IMG/VR virus record: IMGVR_UViG_3300029288_003134
Coordinates: 28,559-92,558 of that record
From: a virus
Taxonomy: Duplodnaviria > Caudoviricetes
Length of the DNA: 64,000 nt
Strand: one strand, 5' to 3'
The notes below the pieces were generated by a model. It was not told the origin of the DNA. It saw nothing but the letters and a program-made list of their open reading frames with translations, and ran no database searches. This document shows, piece after piece, positions 1 to 8,433 of this stretch. A program made the translations under genes and the position numbers. Each line of letters starts with the position of its first letter. Positions within the stretch are counted from its first letter, which is position 1.

Positions 1-2
1 TC

Positions 3-230
3 GCGGAGACACAGGAATCTGAAGCTGCAAGAGAAGCGCAGACTCAGGTTACTGATCTCACTCAGAAAAACAAGGAGTTGGCTGAAAGATTGGCTCAAAT
101 GGAAGCGCAAATGACTGAAATGAAAGCTAATCTGAATGTTGATAATATAGAGAGAATTAGGGCAGTGGCTCAGAAGAAGTTGAATAGTGGAAGCCCTGAT
201 ACGTTCTTTAGTCGTCTGTTAAAAGGTTAA
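3..230 (+). CDS. 3' end of scaffolding/prohead protease protein (partial)
   Basis: Open frame from the window edge to TAA at 228-230; coiled-coil E/K/Q/A-rich translation (…LTQKNKELAERLAQMEAQMTEMKANL…); directly upstream of the capsid gene. Confidence 0.6.
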   Translation, partial: AETQESEAAREAQTQVTDLTQKNKELAERLAQMEAQMTEMKANLNVDNIERIRAVAQKKLNSGSPDTFFSRLLKG

Positions 231-275
231 AATTAAAAGGTTTAGCCCAAGAGGGCAAACAAGGAGGAAATCATT

Positions 276-1214
276 ATGGATTTCTTGATTCCAGCTGGTA
301 GTGCAACCAATCTCCCTAAGGAATTGGTGAACAAGATTGTCGAAGACGCGATTGAGAAGTCGCTGATTTTGAAGTTGGTTGATGACCGCGATCAGATGAT
401 CGAGATTGTCAACGAGGGAACTATCCCGGTTATCGGTGAGGAAGACCTGGACAAGGTTTACCGCTTGGATAACACTGCGGATATTACCACGCTTACCGAG
501 ATGAGTTTTGATATTAAGTCACCTGACCTCGAACCTGTCGAGATGGGTACTTACATCTACCTCAAGAAGAAGCAGGTTCAGCAGTACAATGAATTGAAGC
601 TCGATCAGCTTTTCCGTAACAAGATCAGCCGCGCCATTGCCCGCACTGCGGACAAAATCGCCCTCAAAGGTGACACTGGTGCTGTTGGTGCTACGAACCC
701 GCTGAACATTGCGGACGGTATTGAGAAGTTGGCTTTGACGGCTAATTGCGCCAATGCTCCCGTTGAGTATTCTACCTCCAATTCCCAGAACGTGTTGGAT
801 GCGGTAGCCGAAGCTCAGAACGATCTGGGTGCCTACGGTGCTGATGAGTCTATTGAAGACCTCGTGATTTTCGGTTCTGCGGCTTTTGTTGGGGCTGCGA
901 AGAAATCTGCCGATAAGAACATGGTCGGGTATGAGATTATGGACGTTCCGGCTCTCGGGCTGCGTCAGGTTGTGCATGTCCATGGTATTCCGGTTATTCG
1001 TCGGTTGAACATCACTGGTGAAAAAGCGATCTTGGCGAATGTGAAGGGTCTGTTCGTCGGGTACTATGGTAACATCGAAGTTGACGTGGAGCATAAGGCG
1101 GGTCGTCGGGCTGATTTGATGGTCGTAACCTATTGGTATGACAATGTTTGGGCCTTTGTCAATGGTTCCAACAAGTCTGAAGGTATGGTCACGATTCAAA
1201 AAGCCAGCTCGTAA
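276..1214 (+). CDS. Major capsid protein (HK97 fold)
   Basis: 312 aa; N-terminal LPKELVNKIVEDAIEKSLILKL, central 'ISRAIARTADKIALKGD', 'VHGIPV' motifs typical of HK97-type MCPs; strong RBS AAGGAGG; followed by a terminator. Confidence 0.85.
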   Translation: MDFLIPAGSATNLPKELVNKIVEDAIEKSLILKLVDDRDQMIEIVNEGTIPVIGEEDLDKVYRLDNTADITTLTEMSFDIKSPDLEPVEMGTYIYLKKKQVQQYNELKLDQLFRNKISRAIARTADKIALKGDTGAVGATNPLNIADGIEKLALTANCANAPVEYSTSNSQNVLDAVAEAQNDLGAYGADESIEDLVIFGSAAFVGAAKKSADKNMVGYEIMDVPALGLRQVVHVHGIPVIRRLNITGEKAILANVKGLFVGYYGNIEVDVEHKAGRRADLMVVTYWYDNVWAFVNGSNKSEGMVTIQKASS

Positions 1215-1231
1215 TCCGGCTTAGAAGTTTC

Positions 1232-1266
1232 AGGAGGGGTCAGGTTTTCCTGGCTCCTCCTTTTTT
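1232..1266 (+). terminator. Intrinsic terminator after MCP
   Basis: AGGAGGGGTCAGG-TTTT-CCTGGCTCCTCCT hairpin followed by a T-run. Confidence 0.85.
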
Positions 1267-1270
1267 ATTC

Positions 1271-1299
1271 TTGACTCTGTGAATTTTTTGTGGTATACT
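1271..1299 (+). promoter_or_regulatory. sigma70-type promoter for the RNA unit
   Basis: TTGACT-17 bp-TATACT with extended -10 TG. Confidence 0.8.
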
Positions 1300-1320
1300 T
1301 TTGGCATGCTCTTTGAATTT

Positions 1321-1394
1321 TCAAGCCGAGCTTTCTCCCGTAATTACGGGTCTTTGAATACCTGAGGGCTAACCTCAGAAGGAAGGCAGCTTGA
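1321..1394 (+). ncRNA. Putative structured RNA (three-way junction), family unknown
   Basis: TCAAGC/GCTTGA and CTTTC/GGAAG closing stems enclose hairpins CCCGT-AATT-ACGGG and CTGAGG-GCTAA-CCTCAG; lies between the promoter and the tRNA. Confidence 0.45.
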
Positions 1395-1400
1395 TATTTT

Positions 1401-1474
1401 GGCGGGTTAATGTAGTGGCCGCATGGGATGTTCATACCTTCTCAGACACGGTTCGATTCCGTGGCCCGCAACCA
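1401..1474 (+). tRNA. tRNA with CAT anticodon (Met/fMet-like, atypical)
   Basis: Cloverleaf: acceptor GGCGGGT/GCCCGCA, D-stem ATGT/GCAT, anticodon loop TTCATAC, T-arm CACGG-TTCGATT-CCGTG, encoded ACCA end. Confidence 0.8.
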
Positions 1475-1475
1475 T

Positions 1476-1610
1476 AGGCGCATGTACCATGCGTACAAGA
1501 GCGCACGGGAGTACCTCAGTAATGGGGTTCGCCTGAGGCAGTAATCTCGGGGCAGATATAAACGGACGGGATAACTCGGAGTACCTCTGCCCATAACTCC
1601 GAGCTCTTTT
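1476..1610 (+). ncRNA. Putative structured RNA / terminator downstream of the tRNA
   Basis: AGGCG/CGCCT, CCTCAG/CTGAGG, GGGCAGA(1550-56)/TCTGCCC(1586-92) and CTCGGAGT(1575-82)/ACTCCGAG(1596-1603) pairings, followed by CTCTTTT. Confidence 0.4.
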
Positions 1611-1614
1611 ACTC

Positions 1615-1643
1615 TTGACACCGTAGTAAATGTGTGCTATACT
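1615..1643 (+). promoter_or_regulatory. sigma70-type promoter for the glycosyltransferase cassette
   Basis: TTGACA-17 bp-TATACT with extended -10 TG. Confidence 0.8.
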
Positions 1644-1691
1644 TTTATTGTAAAGTGTAAAACTCCAAATTTTAAATTGTTAGGAGAAACC

Positions 1692-4082
1692 GTGTCTGCA
1701 ATCCGATTGATCTCAGAAGAAATTTCAATTTATTCTTTCCAAGCCGCAGATAAACCGCTGCATTGTCAGCAGAATTATATCTTTCAGGCCCCCGCAGGAA
1801 AGCTCTCTCTTCTTTGCTTTGCCAGTCATCAGAACCCCGAGGCAGAAATGCACCCTTTCGTGGCGCAAGCCATCAAAAACGACCTGGGTGTGGTCTATAT
1901 TTGCGAAAAATTGCCGAAAAACCTCATTATCGACCCGCATGTGACTTATTTAGAGGCCCCGTATCGGTGGTTTTTGCATACACTTTTTATGAACCCTCTT
2001 CGGTTTTCTGGCGTCTTTGCGACTCAAGAATCCCTCCGTTTGGCGCAGGCTTTCAGTGAGTTCACAGGTTATTCGATTCCGCACATACGAAATGAGCAAA
2101 TTTTTTCTGCTTTTGCTAAAAAGGCCGAGGCAACCCGTAAAAATGTGCTCGTTGAGGTTATCGGTGGAGTCGGAGATCACTTAATGGCAATCCCCGCGAT
2201 AAAAACTTTAGACGCGAAAGGCTATCATGTTTCGATTTTGTGCGAGGCTCACAGAAATCCGTGCTTCCAGAATTTACCCTATGTGCGATCTATTTTTGCT
2301 CAGCGCAAAGAGGTGGACGTTTCTAATTTTGGTCGAATTATCATGTTGCATTTTGGACAACAGCTTAATGATTATCGCTTAGACTTGAATAAAAAAAATC
2401 GGATTTATTCTGTTGCTGAATTATGCGGCTTGAAGCCGGAAGATTTAGTCATTAAACGGCCTGAAATTATTCTGACGAAAGATGAATTGAATAACGCTCA
2501 ACGAAAATTCGGCTCTTATTCAAATAAAATATTTTTTGGCAGTGACAGCGCGAGAGTTGATGCTAAAATACCCGCAGTGCTCGCACAAGAAAAAATCAAT
2601 ATTTTGAAGGGTAAAGGTTTCACAGTTTTTTCTGCATCGGTGCGAAGAGAACAACATGAAAACTGCATTGATCTAAATAAGAAGCTAGAATTACGTGAAC
2701 TTTTTGCCATCATTTCTTTAATGGATTGTGTTTTAACCGTTGACACCTCTTTTGTTCATATTGCTGCCGCATTCAATAAAAAAACATTTTGTCTATTAAA
2801 TTATTTCAAACCGGATTGGCGTTGCGGAACATACCCGAATTGCGTAGTATATACACCCAAGGTTCCATGTTATCCCTGCGTTGCGAAACAGTTCGTAGCA
2901 TCTTGCGAGTGGCAGTGTCATACCAAGTCTTGTTATGAGTTTTTTGATTGGGAGCGAATTATTTCGGATATTTATGATTTTAAGCTTACCAAAGAATTAA
3001 AGGAACAGGAAAAAATTCGTGTTATACCAACCCCCGTGGCTCCTATTTTAACAACCGAGACACAGGTTAAAGAAGCCGCTCCGGGCAAACTTATAAACGT
3101 CCGAGAATTTTCCGGCCCACGCATTGCGGCTATTTGGATGGGTGGGGTTGGCGATACTGTTATGCTCGGATATTTGTGTCGGGCAATTTTAGCAAAATAC
3201 CCGGATGCTCAAATCGACGCCTATGTTCGAGATGTTACACAGACAGCGTTGTTTGTTTTTGATTATCCACAAATAAAGGGCTGTGTTTCCAAGTTATCTT
3301 GGGGAAAAACGCTCGAAAAGATCAAGGCTGATTATGACTTTGTGTACGATTTTAGGCCTTACCCGTATGTTTGGAATACTAAAAAACCTGAATTGAATAA
3401 ACCCTTTAATAAGGAACTATATTCTAATTGGGGGAAAGCTACGGGAGAAATATTACGCTCTTGGCAGCAGCAGACTTTTAGATTTTATGCACAGCAGACG
3501 GAGTTAAATCTCACCGAGAAGCATTTAAAAATTCCGTTCTTTCCTAAAGAAGATGCCGCAATTAGATCACGTTTATCTCCCTACGAATTACCTGAAAAAT
3601 ATATCACTATCTCTCCGGGATGCGATCAAAATGTTGGGTTAATGAAGCTCTGGTCGAAAGGTAATTGGCAAACATTAGAGAGTATGCTATTACACGAGGG
3701 TTATAACATAATTTATTTATCTGATAAGGCTTCCCCCCAAATCTTAGAATCTAAAAAAACTGTATGCAAAAATTTAATCGACATGCTGCTTATTTTGCAA
3801 CAAGCCAGTTTAAACGTGAGTAATGAGGGTGGTTCCATTCATCTAGCACATGCGGTGGGCACAAAGAGTGTGGTTCTTTTCGGGCCGACTAATCCAGAAT
3901 TATACGGTTACGCAGACAACATAAATATTTATAAGCCGCATTGTCCGACCTGTTGGTGGACTGCGCCTGAGTGGTCAAAGTTCTGTAAGAAGCATTATCG
4001 AGCCTGTATCAATCTTGTAGATATTTCTGTTCAGGAAGTTTATGATGCAGTTATTTCTGGAGTTTCCAATGTCAAAAATTAA
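1692..4082 (+). CDS. Tandem GT9 (ADP-heptose heptosyltransferase-like) glycosyltransferase
   Basis: Two GT-B repeats: GGVGDHLM…LTVDTSFVHIAAAFNKK…CYPC and GGVGDTVM…SNEGGSIHLAHAVGTKSVVLFGPTNP…CPTCWW. Start reassigned to GTG at 1692 (RBS AGGAG) because 1632 lies inside the promoter. Confidence 0.85.
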   Translation: MSAIRLISEEISIYSFQAADKPLHCQQNYIFQAPAGKLSLLCFASHQNPEAEMHPFVAQAIKNDLGVVYICEKLPKNLIIDPHVTYLEAPYRWFLHTLFMNPLRFSGVFATQESLRLAQAFSEFTGYSIPHIRNEQIFSAFAKKAEATRKNVLVEVIGGVGDHLMAIPAIKTLDAKGYHVSILCEAHRNPCFQNLPYVRSIFAQRKEVDVSNFGRIIMLHFGQQLNDYRLDLNKKNRIYSVAELCGLKPEDLVIKRPEIILTKDELNNAQRKFGSYSNKIFFGSDSARVDAKIPAVLAQEKINILKGKGFTVFSASVRREQHENCIDLNKKLELRELFAIISLMDCVLTVDTSFVHIAAAFNKKTFCLLNYFKPDWRCGTYPNCVVYTPKVPCYPCVAKQFVASCEWQCHTKSCYEFFDWERIISDIYDFKLTKELKEQEKIRVIPTPVAPILTTETQVKEAAPGKLINVREFSGPRIAAIWMGGVGDTVMLGYLCRAILAKYPDAQIDAYVRDVTQTALFVFDYPQIKGCVSKLSWGKTLEKIKADYDFVYDFRPYPYVWNTKKPELNKPFNKELYSNWGKATGEILRSWQQQTFRFYAQQTELNLTEKHLKIPFFPKEDAAIRSRLSPYELPEKYITISPGCDQNVGLMKLWSKGNWQTLESMLLHEGYNIIYLSDKASPQILESKKTVCKNLIDMLLILQQASLNVSNEGGSIHLAHAVGTKSVVLFGPTNPELYGYADNINIYKPHCPTCWWTAPEWSKFCKKHYRACINLVDISVQEVYDAVISGVSNVKN

Positions 4083-4554
4083 CCTTGGTTGTGGTGACGT
4101 AAAAATGCCTGGCTTTATCAATGCGGATATTCGGCCTGAAGTTAAGCCTGATATGTGCATAGATATTTCTGAGCTCTCTCAGTTTAAGGATGGAGAATTT
4201 ACCTACATGTTAGCGCATGATGTTTTGGAACATTTTCCACACGCGCAGGTTTGGACTGTCTTGGCGAATTGGATACGCTGTTTAGCTGTGGGCGGTAGGT
4301 TGGAGATTCAGGTTCCAAGTATTGATCGAATTTATGCGGATAGAAAGAACTTAATCGAGCGATATGGTGGAGACTCCTCTGGTAGGTTTTCTAAGTTGAT
4401 TTTTGGTGGGCAGAGTTATCCAGCTAATTTTCATTTTGTTTGTTTTACTCCAGAATTTTTCCAGTTAGTCGCAAAGAAATTCGGATTAAAAATTGAATCC
4501 TACAGCCCAGTTGGATTATACAATCATAAGGTTATTTTTTTGAGGTTAAAATGA
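4069..4554 (+). CDS. Class I SAM-dependent methyltransferase (type 11-like)
   Basis: KINLGCG, HDVLEHF, LAVGGRLEIQVP motifs; ATG at 4069 with GGAG RBS. Confidence 0.85.
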   Translation: MSKINLGCGDVKMPGFINADIRPEVKPDMCIDISELSQFKDGEFTYMLAHDVLEHFPHAQVWTVLANWIRCLAVGGRLEIQVPSIDRIYADRKNLIERYGGDSSGRFSKLIFGGQSYPANFHFVCFTPEFFQLVAKKFGLKIESYSPVGLYNHKVIFLRLK

Positions 4555-5426
4555 ATTTATATAAGGCAAAATGTCTCTGGCTCACAGATTACACGGTAAA
4601 AGAGGTTCCGGCAGGCGGAGCTGAAATTACCGACTCTTGGGTTTTAAAAGCGGCCCAAGTTTCCGGCCTATCTGTAACAGTGGCCCGGCCTATGGACATG
4701 CGGACGGATGTTTTGGATGCAGCGGATTTTGTGATCTTCAGCAATAATTACGAATTTCCAGCCGCTTGCCGAGAGGCTGTAATACGGCGGAAACCCTATA
4801 TCGTTTATTCGCATGATTCTGGCCGTTGGAATGACGTTTTTATAAAGACTCCCGGAATGTGCGCGGGTGCCTTAGGGTCAATCTTTTTGTCACCTTTGCA
4901 TCAGCAGTCTTTGGAACGGCATTTATCCGGTGCAAAAAATGTCGTTTGTGTTCCACCACACATCACGCTGGATTTTTATGATAAAGGCGCGGCCCGAGAA
5001 AACAAAGTAATGTTTGTTGGAAATGTCCATAGAGGCAAGGGTGTTTGTGAAATTATCCAGTGGGCCCGAAAAAACCCGCAGATTCACATTGATTTTTATT
5101 ACCAGCGCGGTCAGACTGATCTTTTGGAGACATTAAAGCGTTTAAATAATTGTCATTTAATAGGTTACGTGCCAAAAGAGGAGATTTTCGAGCGGTACAA
5201 TCGGTATCGGTATTTTATCCATATCCCCGAGCATTACGAGTCTTTCGGGCGTGCCGTGGGCGAGGCCTACCTAAGCGGCTGCCAGTTGATTGTTAATGAT
5301 CGGGTAGGGGCCTGCTCCTATGGGTGGAATTATTCAAAATTTAGGGAAATGACTGCAAATGCTCATTTTATGTTCTGGAATCGTGTGGAAATGATGCTAA
5401 AAAGCGCAGAATCGGTACAGGCTTAA
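4551..5426 (+). CDS. GT4-like glycosyltransferase
   Basis: GGAE N-terminal motif, FVGNVHRGKG, ESFGRAVGEA (ExFG…E) donor-binding motif. Confidence 0.85.
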   Translation: MNLYKAKCLWLTDYTVKEVPAGGAEITDSWVLKAAQVSGLSVTVARPMDMRTDVLDAADFVIFSNNYEFPAACREAVIRRKPYIVYSHDSGRWNDVFIKTPGMCAGALGSIFLSPLHQQSLERHLSGAKNVVCVPPHITLDFYDKGAARENKVMFVGNVHRGKGVCEIIQWARKNPQIHIDFYYQRGQTDLLETLKRLNNCHLIGYVPKEEIFERYNRYRYFIHIPEHYESFGRAVGEAYLSGCQLIVNDRVGACSYGWNYSKFREMTANAHFMFWNRVEMMLKSAESVQA

Positions 5427-5457
5427 TTGTATTTAATAATAGGAGGGGTCTGTCATA

Positions 5458-5901
5458 ATGAAATCCTATATTTTTGGCAAATTTACTATCGGGGATAAGC
5501 TCATTCTGACCTCTTTTCAGAATCTTGTGGGAAGCTGTGAATATTTGGGTGAGCGGGTTGATCTTTCCAAGGTTACGGTTGAGGACGAAAATTTAATCGT
5601 CGTGATGAATCCTAGCCTTTTTCAGATCGACCTGGATAAAGTTTTGGGATACATTCGGAAAGATTGCAGCAAGCCTTTAGTGGTGGTGAAAAAGATTAAG
5701 ACTTTTGCCACATTCTTTTTTGAGCCGAATTTTAAGCTGGAAAGAATTACCACGAATAAGGCTTACACGTTTGCCGGAATTCTCTATGTTCCTGGGAATT
5801 ATTTAAAAAATTTGGATGAAGAGAATCCTACCATGTCGGCCATTTTTAGATCGGTTCCTAAAGATGACTGGCGTTATTATTTTATCAGTCACGTGAGGTA
5901 A
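5458..5901 (+). CDS. Degenerate sugar-phosphate nucleotidyltransferase-like protein
   Basis: ENLIVVMNPSLFQIDLDKVL and TFATFFFEPNFKLERITTNKAYTFAGILYV resemble the NTP_transferase core; the GxGTR motif is absent. Confidence 0.4.
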   Translation: MKSYIFGKFTIGDKLILTSFQNLVGSCEYLGERVDLSKVTVEDENLIVVMNPSLFQIDLDKVLGYIRKDCSKPLVVVKKIKTFATFFFEPNFKLERITTNKAYTFAGILYVPGNYLKNLDEENPTMSAIFRSVPKDDWRYYFISHVR

Positions 5902-5904
5902 GCT

Positions 5905-6150
5905 GTGCCATACGAGAAGGAACATGTCGCGGTGATTCGTAGAAAGGGTGATTTTAAACTCTTTCGTAGGAAGACAGATGAGTTTGGTTCTGGCATAGAC
6001 GTTATTTATGGTCAGCTAAAGAGAACAGAGATGTGGGAAATTCACTCGATTCATTTTAATTCGGATAATTTTACCACCAGGGAAGCGCAGAAGTGGCTGC
6101 GCGATCATGGTTTTAAATACATCAAATTTGAACCAGCCACGGGAGAATAA
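5905..6150 (+). CDS. Small conserved phage head-region protein
   Basis: PYEKEH…FRR…GIDVIYG…EIHSIHF…EAQKWLRDH pattern, recalled from domains next to or fused with prohead proteases. Confidence 0.5.
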   Translation: MPYEKEHVAVIRRKGDFKLFRRKTDEFGSGIDVIYGQLKRTEMWEIHSIHFNSDNFTTREAQKWLRDHGFKYIKFEPATGE

Positions 6151-6152
6151 TC

Positions 6153-6740
6153 ATGGCCTTAATCACTAAAGCAAATGTGGCAGTAGCTCTTGGTATTGCA
6201 ACAACTGATATTCCTGACTCGGTATACACCTGGGCCACGAAGCAGTTTTTTGTTTTAACGGGCCTTTCTTCAGCCGAGGTAACGAGGATTTATCGGAAAC
6301 TGCTTCAGACAAGTACGGCTTATTTGAAGTTGCCGTACACGAATATAAAAAATATTACCACCATCAAGTTAGATGGAGTTACGCAGTCTTTTACCTTGCA
6401 TACAGATGTGAAGTTTAATCCCGACACTGGGGTTATTTGGTATTCCACAGGTTTTGGTGGCGGTCAGTTGGCCGAGGTCACAGTAACCTTAAATGCCTTT
6501 GTAGCAGAGGATATGCACGATTATTTAATCACGCTTTTAGTGGCAAAGTCTTTGGCGATCTTTACCCCGGATGTTATCAAGCAGGTAAAGATGATTAAAA
6601 TAGGAAATTATCAGAAGCAATACGGCGGGTCTTCCAGTAATCTTGAGGATTATCAGGCATCTTTGGAGATTGAAATTGGTAAGGTCGTGGCAATGATTCA
6701 AGGTGATGACGGACATTTGGCTTTTGGGATTATCCAGTAA
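6153..6740 (+). CDS. Head-tail adaptor/connector (gp6/gp15-like)
   Basis: MALITKANV N-terminus, C-terminal 'IKIGNYQKQYG', position in the neck module. Confidence 0.65.
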   Translation: MALITKANVAVALGIATTDIPDSVYTWATKQFFVLTGLSSAEVTRIYRKLLQTSTAYLKLPYTNIKNITTIKLDGVTQSFTLHTDVKFNPDTGVIWYSTGFGGGQLAEVTVTLNAFVAEDMHDYLITLLVAKSLAIFTPDVIKQVKMIKIGNYQKQYGGSSSNLEDYQASLEIEIGKVVAMIQGDDGHLAFGIIQ

Positions 6741-6752
6741 TCGGAGTATACA

Positions 6753-7097
6753 ATGTCAGACCCAGTATTCGACAGCTTGCTTAATCATACTTGCACCATC
6801 AAGCGACGTAGTGTGGCTACTACTACGGTGGATAAGTGGGGGGCTGGGGTGGAGACTATCACATCCGTAGGTACTGGGGTGGCCTGTAAAGTTCAACAGC
6901 GTGCAGAGGCAGTAGAGTTTACCCGTAGGGGTGAAAAGGTAATTTCTCGACACATAGCTTTCTTTAAAATAGGTGCGAATATTCAGGAAGATGACATAGT
7001 GGTTTTTGATAATATTTCTTATAGAGTTGCGGCGGTTGAAGACGCAGCTGGTATGGGGCATCATTTAGAGGTTGCGCTTTTTGTATTAGAGAATTGA
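6753..7097 (+). CDS. Head closure / head-tail joining protein (SPP1 gp16-like)
   Basis: LLNHTCTIKR…DKWG…IQEDDIVVFDNISYRV…HHLEV pattern. Confidence 0.75.
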   Translation: MSDPVFDSLLNHTCTIKRRSVATTTVDKWGAGVETITSVGTGVACKVQQRAEAVEFTRRGEKVISRHIAFFKIGANIQEDDIVVFDNISYRVAAVEDAAGMGHHLEVALFVLEN

Positions 7098-7645
7098 GGC
7101 TCATTATGGAAGGCAGTTTTATTATTGATGATTCTCAATTAACACGATACATCAATGCTATGACAGGAATGCCATTAAGAATGTCGGCTGTAAATTCAAG
7201 GTGGATAAAAAAGCTGACTAATTATACCCATAAAAAAATGAGTTTGTATGCGCGGTCAAGATCACCACGGTCAACCGGGAACTTAGTCTCATCTATAGAT
7301 TCAGATTATTCTTTAAATGGAACTACTCTATCTGGTAGAGTTTTTGTGTCTGACAATGTGAAATATCAGTTTGCTCAAGAGGAGGGTAATAGTCGAAAAT
7401 CTGTTATTCTTGGGCGGCCTTTAATGACCTTTTCTACGACAGCTTGGAAAAATGCTCGTAGGGCTTCTTCCGCTGGTTTAGTCATGCAGCCACACAGAGG
7501 TTATTACGTTTTTGCTAAAGTAACACGTGGAAAATATCGGGGTAAACATTTTACGCAGAGAGCGTTTAATAGTTTGCTGACTTATTATAATTCAGTAGAG
7601 GGAAAAATATATACTGACTTAGTTTCGGCAATTTCACGGGGTTAA
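7094..7645 (+). CDS. Tail completion/neck protein (HK97 gp10-like)
   Basis: SPRSTGNLVSSI…YQFAQEEG…GKHFTQRAF motifs. Confidence 0.7.
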   Translation: MRLIMEGSFIIDDSQLTRYINAMTGMPLRMSAVNSRWIKKLTNYTHKKMSLYARSRSPRSTGNLVSSIDSDYSLNGTTLSGRVFVSDNVKYQFAQEEGNSRKSVILGRPLMTFSTTAWKNARRASSAGLVMQPHRGYYVFAKVTRGKYRGKHFTQRAFNSLLTYYNSVEGKIYTDLVSAISRG

Positions 7646-7646
7646 T

Positions 7647-8075
7647 ATGAAGCTGATCGCAGAGAGAATTATAGCATATTTGAAGAATGACTCAACCTTA
7701 ACTACACTTTTAGGGTCGAGTAAAAATATTTTTGCGGAAAATCTACAGGAGCCCGAAAATCGGAAGACAAAATATGTGGTTATTCCGGTAGAGCCAGGCG
7801 AGGACTTAAATTATGCCTCTGGGCAACAGGGTAGTTTTGTTATTGAGGTGTGCGTGAGTAGGACTATTGCTGGAGCCTTCGGTGTATGCCTGAATATTGC
7901 GGATAGGGTAGACGCTCTTTTAAATAAAGGTGAGGCTGGCCTAAGTACGACTGGTTGGAAAGTTGTACATATTAAACGTACAGGCTCCCCCTCTCACGGG
8001 CCTTTAGTTGATAAAGAAGCCGGAGAGGTCTATATAGATTTAGAGTACGAGTATTTACTTGATGAAAGTGCGTAA
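7647..8075 (+). CDS. Tail terminator protein
   Basis: IIAYLKNDSTLTTLLG…IADRVDALL pattern, 142 aa, position after the gp10-like gene. Confidence 0.65.
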   Translation: MKLIAERIIAYLKNDSTLTTLLGSSKNIFAENLQEPENRKTKYVVIPVEPGEDLNYASGQQGSFVIEVCVSRTIAGAFGVCLNIADRVDALLNKGEAGLSTTGWKVVHIKRTGSPSHGPLVDKEAGEVYIDLEYEYLLDESA

Positions 8076-8118
8076 AATTGTTTACGGCACATTGACCTAA
8101 CAAACAGGAGGTAGTAAA

Positions 8119-8424
8119 ATGTCAGAGAAAATCAATTTGTCTCAGTCTACGGAATTTCAATTACGTGGTAATGTAACGCTTCAGGTCTATCCCGCCTCAC
8201 TCGAAGTATTATCTCTTCTTTCCCCTAAATTGGACGAGATGAATAAGCTCACTAAATCTACTGATATGAAGAAACAGATGGAGGTTTTTTTGGATGTTAT
8301 CTTCGAGCTTGTTAAAGACGACAATGACATCAAGAAAACTGATTTAAGTAAGGTTTTGACTGTTGAGGCAGGCGTTAAGATTATGCAGAAAGCTCTTGGT
8401 AATTTCGGAAATATTTTAGCATAG
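8119..8424 (+). CDS. Probable tail assembly chaperone
   Basis: Small helical protein, strong RBS, upstream of the tape measure gene. Confidence 0.5.
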   Translation: MSEKINLSQSTEFQLRGNVTLQVYPASLEVLSLLSPKLDEMNKLTKSTDMKKQMEVFLDVIFELVKDDNDIKKTDLSKVLTVEAGVKIMQKALGNFGNILA

Positions 8425-8433
8425 GGCTGATTT

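Noticed and set aside
519-1199. Long antisense ORFs (519-1199, 35394-35927, 47761-48261 and similar)
   Set aside because: Shadows of well-supported genes on the opposite strand, with no motifs or RBS
1476-1610. HDV-like (theta) ribozyme after the tRNA
   Set aside because: Only 3 nt separate the P2-like 5' strand from the P1-like 3' strand, leaving no room for P3/L3, and there is no P4/J4-2 segment
1301-1610. tmRNA or group I intron
   Set aside because: The tRNA is a complete cloverleaf with an anticodon arm; no tag ORF or P7 core is recognisable
1632-1691. ORF-track start of the GT9 gene at 1632
   Set aside because: It overlaps the promoter spacer and -10 box; GTG at 1692 has a proper RBS
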